A stretch of 63,991 nucleotides of DNA. It comes from Myxococcota bacterium. Lineage in GTDB: Bacteria > Myxococcota_A > UBA796 > UBA2385. The translations under genes and the position numbers were made by a program. Positions 60,225 through 63,991 of the stretch are shown here, in pieces. The notes beneath the pieces were generated by a model. It searched no databases, was not told the DNA's origin, and saw only the letters and a program-made list of their open reading frames with translations. The stretch is from NCBI GenBank assembly GCA_044344255.1, contig JBIJDH010000030.1, forward strand, positions 1-63,991. Reading direction: 5' to 3'. Position 1 is the stretch's first letter, and the number at the start of each line of letters is the position of its first letter.

Positions 60225-60839
60225 TCAGAGCGTGATCAGCCCCTCCCGCAAGGCCAGCACCACGGCCTCGGTGCGGGAGCGCGCGCCGAGGTGGTCGAGG
60301 ATGGCGTTGACATGAAAGCGGGCGGTGTGCTCGCTGATGCCGAGGGCGACGCCGATCTCCTTGTTCGACAGGCCCTCGGCGAGCAGCTCCAGGGCCTCCG
60401 TCTCGCGGGGGCTGAGCGTGGTGGTCACCCGAGGCGGGGGCCGCTCGGCGAGGGCGGCGATGGGGTGGTCGACCACGAGGAGGCCCGCGACGATGGCCCG
60501 CAGCGCCGCGGCGAGGCGCGCGGGCTCGAAGCGCCGCGAGAGGGCGCCCCGGGCGCCACGATCCAGGGCGAGGCGGGCCTCGGCGGCGCTGTCGGTGAGG
60601 ACGAGGGTGGGGAGGGCGGGGTCGAAGGCGGTCTCTCCGCCCCCGTTCACGCCGAGGTCCCAGACGACCACGTGGGGAGCGGTGCGCGAGAGCACACCGC
60701 CGAGGGCGTCATTCGCGGCGACCGCCCCCACCGGGAGCAGGCCCGGCGCCCCCACGAGCAGGCCGGCGATGCCCGCCCGCGCGAGGGGGTCGGCCGCGAC
60801 CACGAGCACGCGGGCCTCTTCGGGGATGGTCTCGTTCAC
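60225..60839 (-). CDS. NarL/LuxR-family response regulator with atypical receiver
   Basis: LSPRETEALELLAEGLSNKEIG..ISEHTARFHVNAIL HTH; receiver VVAAD / VVWDL / GALSR. Confidence 0.9.
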   Translation of the reverse strand: MNETIPEEARVLVVAADPLARAGIAGLLVGAPGLLPVGAVAANDALGGVLSRTAPHVVVWDLGVNGGGETAFDPALPTLVLTDSAAEARLALDRGARGALSRRFEPARLAAALRAIVAGLLVVDHPIAALAERPPPRVTTTLSPRETEALELLAEGLSNKEIGVALGISEHTARFHVNAILDHLGARSRTEAVVLALREGLITL

Positions 60840-61067
60840 GTCGGCTCCAGGCGACCGATGTGCACGCCGGGAAGGGTATCGTCCAGCCCTCCGCTTTCGG
60901 GCGCCGCCCTCAGGCCTCGCGGAGGCGCACCACCGTCTCCCCCCAGCTGCCCTCCTGGGCCTCCGCGAGACTGACGCCCTCCGCGAGCAGGTGGTCCGCG
61001 TAAGAGACCACCTCGCCGTCCTCGGTGCCATCGTACGTGAAGGCGCCGCCAGGCGCCCCGCGCTCGC

Positions 61068-61574
61068 TCAGGGCATGTCCGCGCAGACCACCTTGACCCA
61101 GCAGGAGCCGGAGCCGCCGGTGATATAGGCGATCCAGCCCGAGCCCAGAGCGCCGGTCTCCTCGGTCCACTGACTGCGCTCGATGATGTAGCCGCTCGCA
61201 AACTGACAATCGACCCCACCGCCCATGGCGAGATCACCCTCGTCGCAGCTCACCTCGAGCTCGTTGCGCCCGGCCACGAGGGACGCCTCGACTCCGCTCC
61301 GGTAGTAGAAGGAGCTGACGCCCGAGGCGCCGTCCTCCCCCGGCTCCCCCTGCTCGCCCTGGGGGCCGCGCTCGCCCGGCTCCCCCTGCTCGCCTTGCAC
61401 CCCCTGCTCTCCGGCTTCGCCCTGCTCTCCCGCTTCGCCTGCTTCGCCCGGCTCGCCTGCGGCCCCTTTGGCGCCCTTCGCGCCGCTCTCCTCGGGGCAG
61501 CCCGTGGTGACAAACAGGCCAATCGAGAGGAAGGCAAAGGAAAAGGGCTGCAGGACTCGGTTCTTCGTGGACAT
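61068..61574 (-). CDS. Collagen-like lipoprotein
   Basis: FVTTG-C lipobox, ~19 Gly-X-Y triplets, C-terminal Cys-containing domain (VSC..AMGGG..C..VVC). Confidence 0.85.
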   Translation of the reverse strand: MSTKNRVLQPFSFAFLSIGLFVTTGCPEESGAKGAKGAAGEPGEAGEAGEQGEAGEQGVQGEQGEPGERGPQGEQGEPGEDGASGVSSFYYRSGVEASLVAGRNELEVSCDEGDLAMGGGVDCQFASGYIIERSQWTEETGALGSGWIAYITGGSGSCWVKVVCADMP

Positions 61575-62071
61575 TTCATGCCTCATGACAGGTTGGGCAT
61601 CGTGGTCGGGCCGCTGTCGGCCCGTTGTGACACAGGAGAGGTTTTTCCTCCCGCTCCGGCGGCGCCGGTGTGTCACACAGCTCCATTAGCGCCCCTTGTG
61701 AAGAGCGCCGATTACAGGTCCTTGCTCGACCTTTCACCACCTTACACGCCCGAATCGCCAGGGATCAGTCAAGAGGGAGGGCCACCGGTGGTGGGAGCCC
61801 CGCGGCCTGCCAGACCGGCGAGAGGCGAAAGGAGTCCGGGGCCAGGGTCGTGAGGGAGCTCTCGATCGCGCGCTCCGCCTCGGCCATCGCGCTGAGCCTG
61901 TCGCCCCGGGTGGCGGCGTCGATGGCGAGCTCGCTGTGAGCAGGGAGGCCGGGCGCCGCCCGGGGGCCTCGATTCCGAGCGCCAGCCTGTCATAGGCTGC
62001 GAGCCAGACGGCGGCGGCGGCGCGGCCCCGCTCGGGCTCGGGGTCGGAGCGCCAGCTTTGGCTGGGCATTG

Positions 62072-62150
62072 GGGATCGGGGAACGGACGCTCTCCTGAGG
62101 CCGTGTCCCGGGAGAGCGAGGGGGTGGCGTGCTGTGGTAGGCTGGGCGCC
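62072..62150 (+). repeat. ~80-bp dispersed repeat, copy 2 (copy 1 at 411-490)
   Basis: gggatcggggaacggacgctctcctgaggccgtgtcccgggagagcgagggggtggcgtgctgtggtaggctgggcgcc. Confidence 0.8.
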
Positions 62151-62327
62151 TTGACTGCTCCCTGCCGGTCATGCGCCCTATCCCCCGCACGACACTCTGA
62201 AAGCCTCCGGGCTCCACCGACCTGCCACCCCACACCGAACTTCGAAAATTTCTCATCGTCGGATTCCTCGGTCCAAAGCGTTGTGTTGGCATCTTGTCGG
62301 TAACCCTCCATCAGGAGCACCAAGCCC

Positions 62328-62813
62328 ATGCACATCCACTGCCCTTTTCCCGCCCTCCTCGCCAATTGCGTTGACTTCGTGGTTCAACTCGGCAGCGGGT
62401 GCGCAAACACACCGCGGCAGGTGCCAGGCTCGTATCTCTTGGGTCCGGAAGTGATCTTCACGGATGGTTCCATGTCGGATGTCTTCATGCCTCTGAGTCA
62501 ACCGATGCCATCCGCAGGCCTTGTGAACACCTGGGTCCACCAGGAAGCAACCGAGGCGACGGGAGGTACCAATCTTCGGACTCGCCCAGCTCTGCGGTAC
62601 AGCGGTGATGGGGTGGGCTGGGACACTGCGGTAGCCATCAACACAAGCTACATGCAGGGTTCTGCACCTCAACCGGGGTCCACTTTTGTGGACATCAGTT
62701 CTCTCGGAACACCGAAACCGTGGATCCAGTTTGGAGTACGGGTCCACAACTACAACGCCGACCCGCATGAGACTGCTCATGATGTCCTGCTCGTTGATCC
62801 GAAGGGACGGTGA
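62328..62813 (+). CDS. Hypothetical protein (lower-GC region)
   Basis: AGGAG RBS, 161-aa ORF, GTGA overlap with the next ORF. Confidence 0.55.
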   Translation: MHIHCPFPALLANCVDFVVQLGSGCANTPRQVPGSYLLGPEVIFTDGSMSDVFMPLSQPMPSAGLVNTWVHQEATEATGGTNLRTRPALRYSGDGVGWDTAVAINTSYMQGSAPQPGSTFVDISSLGTPKPWIQFGVRVHNYNADPHETAHDVLLVDPKGR

Positions 62814-63724
62814 GAAAAATAATGTCGGCGACGCTGAAGGTGAGAATAGAGAAATTTTGGAGTTGGAGTTTGGTGATAGGCGTGTGTTTATATTCGTCGG
62901 AGGCGTTCCCGCCGACGGCAGCGGAACGAAATCCTATCAAGATAGCATCTGATGGAGGGTACCTTTCTCATCGAAAGGACGTAAACTTTGTCTCCTTGTA
63001 TGAGGGCGAGGAGGCGGAGTGTGAGCTTTCGTCTTGGGTGTTGGTGGGTACGGTGATTGTTCGAGAGTCTTATGATTCGTATGATGGCAACCTTATTCCG
63101 GGTGTCGCTCTTCCGATTCCGGTAACCGATATTAGGTTTAGAGCGGATGTGGTGGCCCACGGGGCGGTTGTTTCTGATTTTGTAATTACTGTCGTAGGAA
63201 GTCTGGCGCCTGGAAGGGTTATGTGGATGTCCGGACTTCCGAAGTTCGAAGTGGGGGACCGGTATCTGTTAGGCTTACGATTGGGGTATAGATGGAATTC
63301 GAACCAGGAGAAGTTGCTTGTCCGTCAGGCAATATACATAGACAAGAGCTTTCCCCTTCCGTCTGATGTTGTCGCGAAGGCGATTTGGGAAGAACATTGT
63401 GGAGCCCCAGGAGGGAAGGTCCCGCATTCCTCTGGTTCTGTTGACGATATCGGGTCAGGTCCAGGCGAAAGCCTCAAGGGACGGCCCGCCGTGGGTACGT
63501 TACCAGGAGGTGTGCGCACGGCAGGCGGATCAGCGCAAGATGCGGAGATGGGCCGTGGTGCCATGACGTCGACGGACATCTCGGGGAGAATGGATTCACC
63601 CCAGGTGTCAGAGAAGCTGAAAGTTTCCGAACCGGGAGGGGGTGCTCCGATTACCGCGGGTCCAAGTGCTCCATTTATGGCGCTCTTGCCAAACAGTGTC
63701 CTTCAGTGGTGTCACCACTACTAA
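62810..63724 (+). CDS. Hypothetical exported protein with putative OB-fold domain (lower-GC region)
   Basis: Hydrophobic N-terminal segment; WVLVGTV..VTDIRF..ITVVG..GLPKFEVGDRYLL resembles the 39986 lipoprotein domain. Confidence 0.55.
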   Translation: MRKIMSATLKVRIEKFWSWSLVIGVCLYSSEAFPPTAAERNPIKIASDGGYLSHRKDVNFVSLYEGEEAECELSSWVLVGTVIVRESYDSYDGNLIPGVALPIPVTDIRFRADVVAHGAVVSDFVITVVGSLAPGRVMWMSGLPKFEVGDRYLLGLRLGYRWNSNQEKLLVRQAIYIDKSFPLPSDVVAKAIWEEHCGAPGGKVPHSSGSVDDIGSGPGESLKGRPAVGTLPGGVRTAGGSAQDAEMGRGAMTSTDISGRMDSPQVSEKLKVSEPGGGAPITAGPSAPFMALLPNSVLQWCHHY

Positions 63725-63991
63725 TGTGGTCTCCAACTATGAAATATTCGTATGCCTTTCGGTGCCAGCGATGGATAGTTGCCACCCCGGCTCGGTGCCT
63801 CCGCCCACGGTCCATGGGGCCGAGCGGTGGTACGGCACGGTGACGGGTGGAGGGCAGGCCTAATCTGAAGTTGGCATAGGTCGAATAGCAAGAATGGCCA
63901 TCAACACGGAATTTGAGACGCAGGTGGGCGTTCGCGTTCTGGCTACGCCAGGACGGGTTTGGTCCGGCGGTGCGCGATCCGGCCCGAAGCT

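Noticed and set aside
62287..62302. Fourth sigma54 promoter (TGGCATCTTGTCGGTA)
   Set aside because: The -12 position reads GT instead of the invariant GC.
63781..63832. Structured RNA suggested by gccacc..gctcgg / ccgagc..ggtggt pairing
   Set aside because: Short GC-rich stems are expected by chance, and no recognisable ncRNA family features are present.

Overview
High-GC bacterial window, most likely from a Myxococcota/deltaproteobacterial genome. This is inferred from two MYXO-CTERM-like sorting tails, a DUF4388-like/J/TPR protein, a Haliangium-type BMC-T shell protein, a DWG-type Ser/Thr kinase-FGE fusion and many lipoproteins with acidic DG(T/A) linkers. About 45 genes are present; I saw no rRNA, tRNA, CRISPR array or intact transposase. 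Housekeeping genes include gpsA, pssA, add, thiolase, 3-hydroxyacyl-CoA dehydrogenase, HtrA, DedA, a THUMP RNA methyltransferase, an SDR, a ferredoxin and an acyl-CoA ligase. Most notable items: (1) a Ser/Thr kinase-FGE gene plus an unusual sigma54 activator (degenerate AAA+, intact AAA+, C-terminal FHA-like domain) surrounded by three -24/-12 promoters that drive exported proteins, including a lipoprotein/MMP-like protease pair; (2) an Opp/Dpp permease with a seven-repeat WD40 propeller inserted in its first extracytoplasmic loop; (3) an orphan BMC-T shell gene at the head of a thiolase/dehydrogenase operon; (4) a signal-peptide-bearing TldD/TldE pair; (5) two large propeller lipoproteins with nested domain insertions. 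Both window ends contain decayed genes and share an ~80-bp dispersed repeat. All family calls come from motif recognition by eye; no database searches were run.
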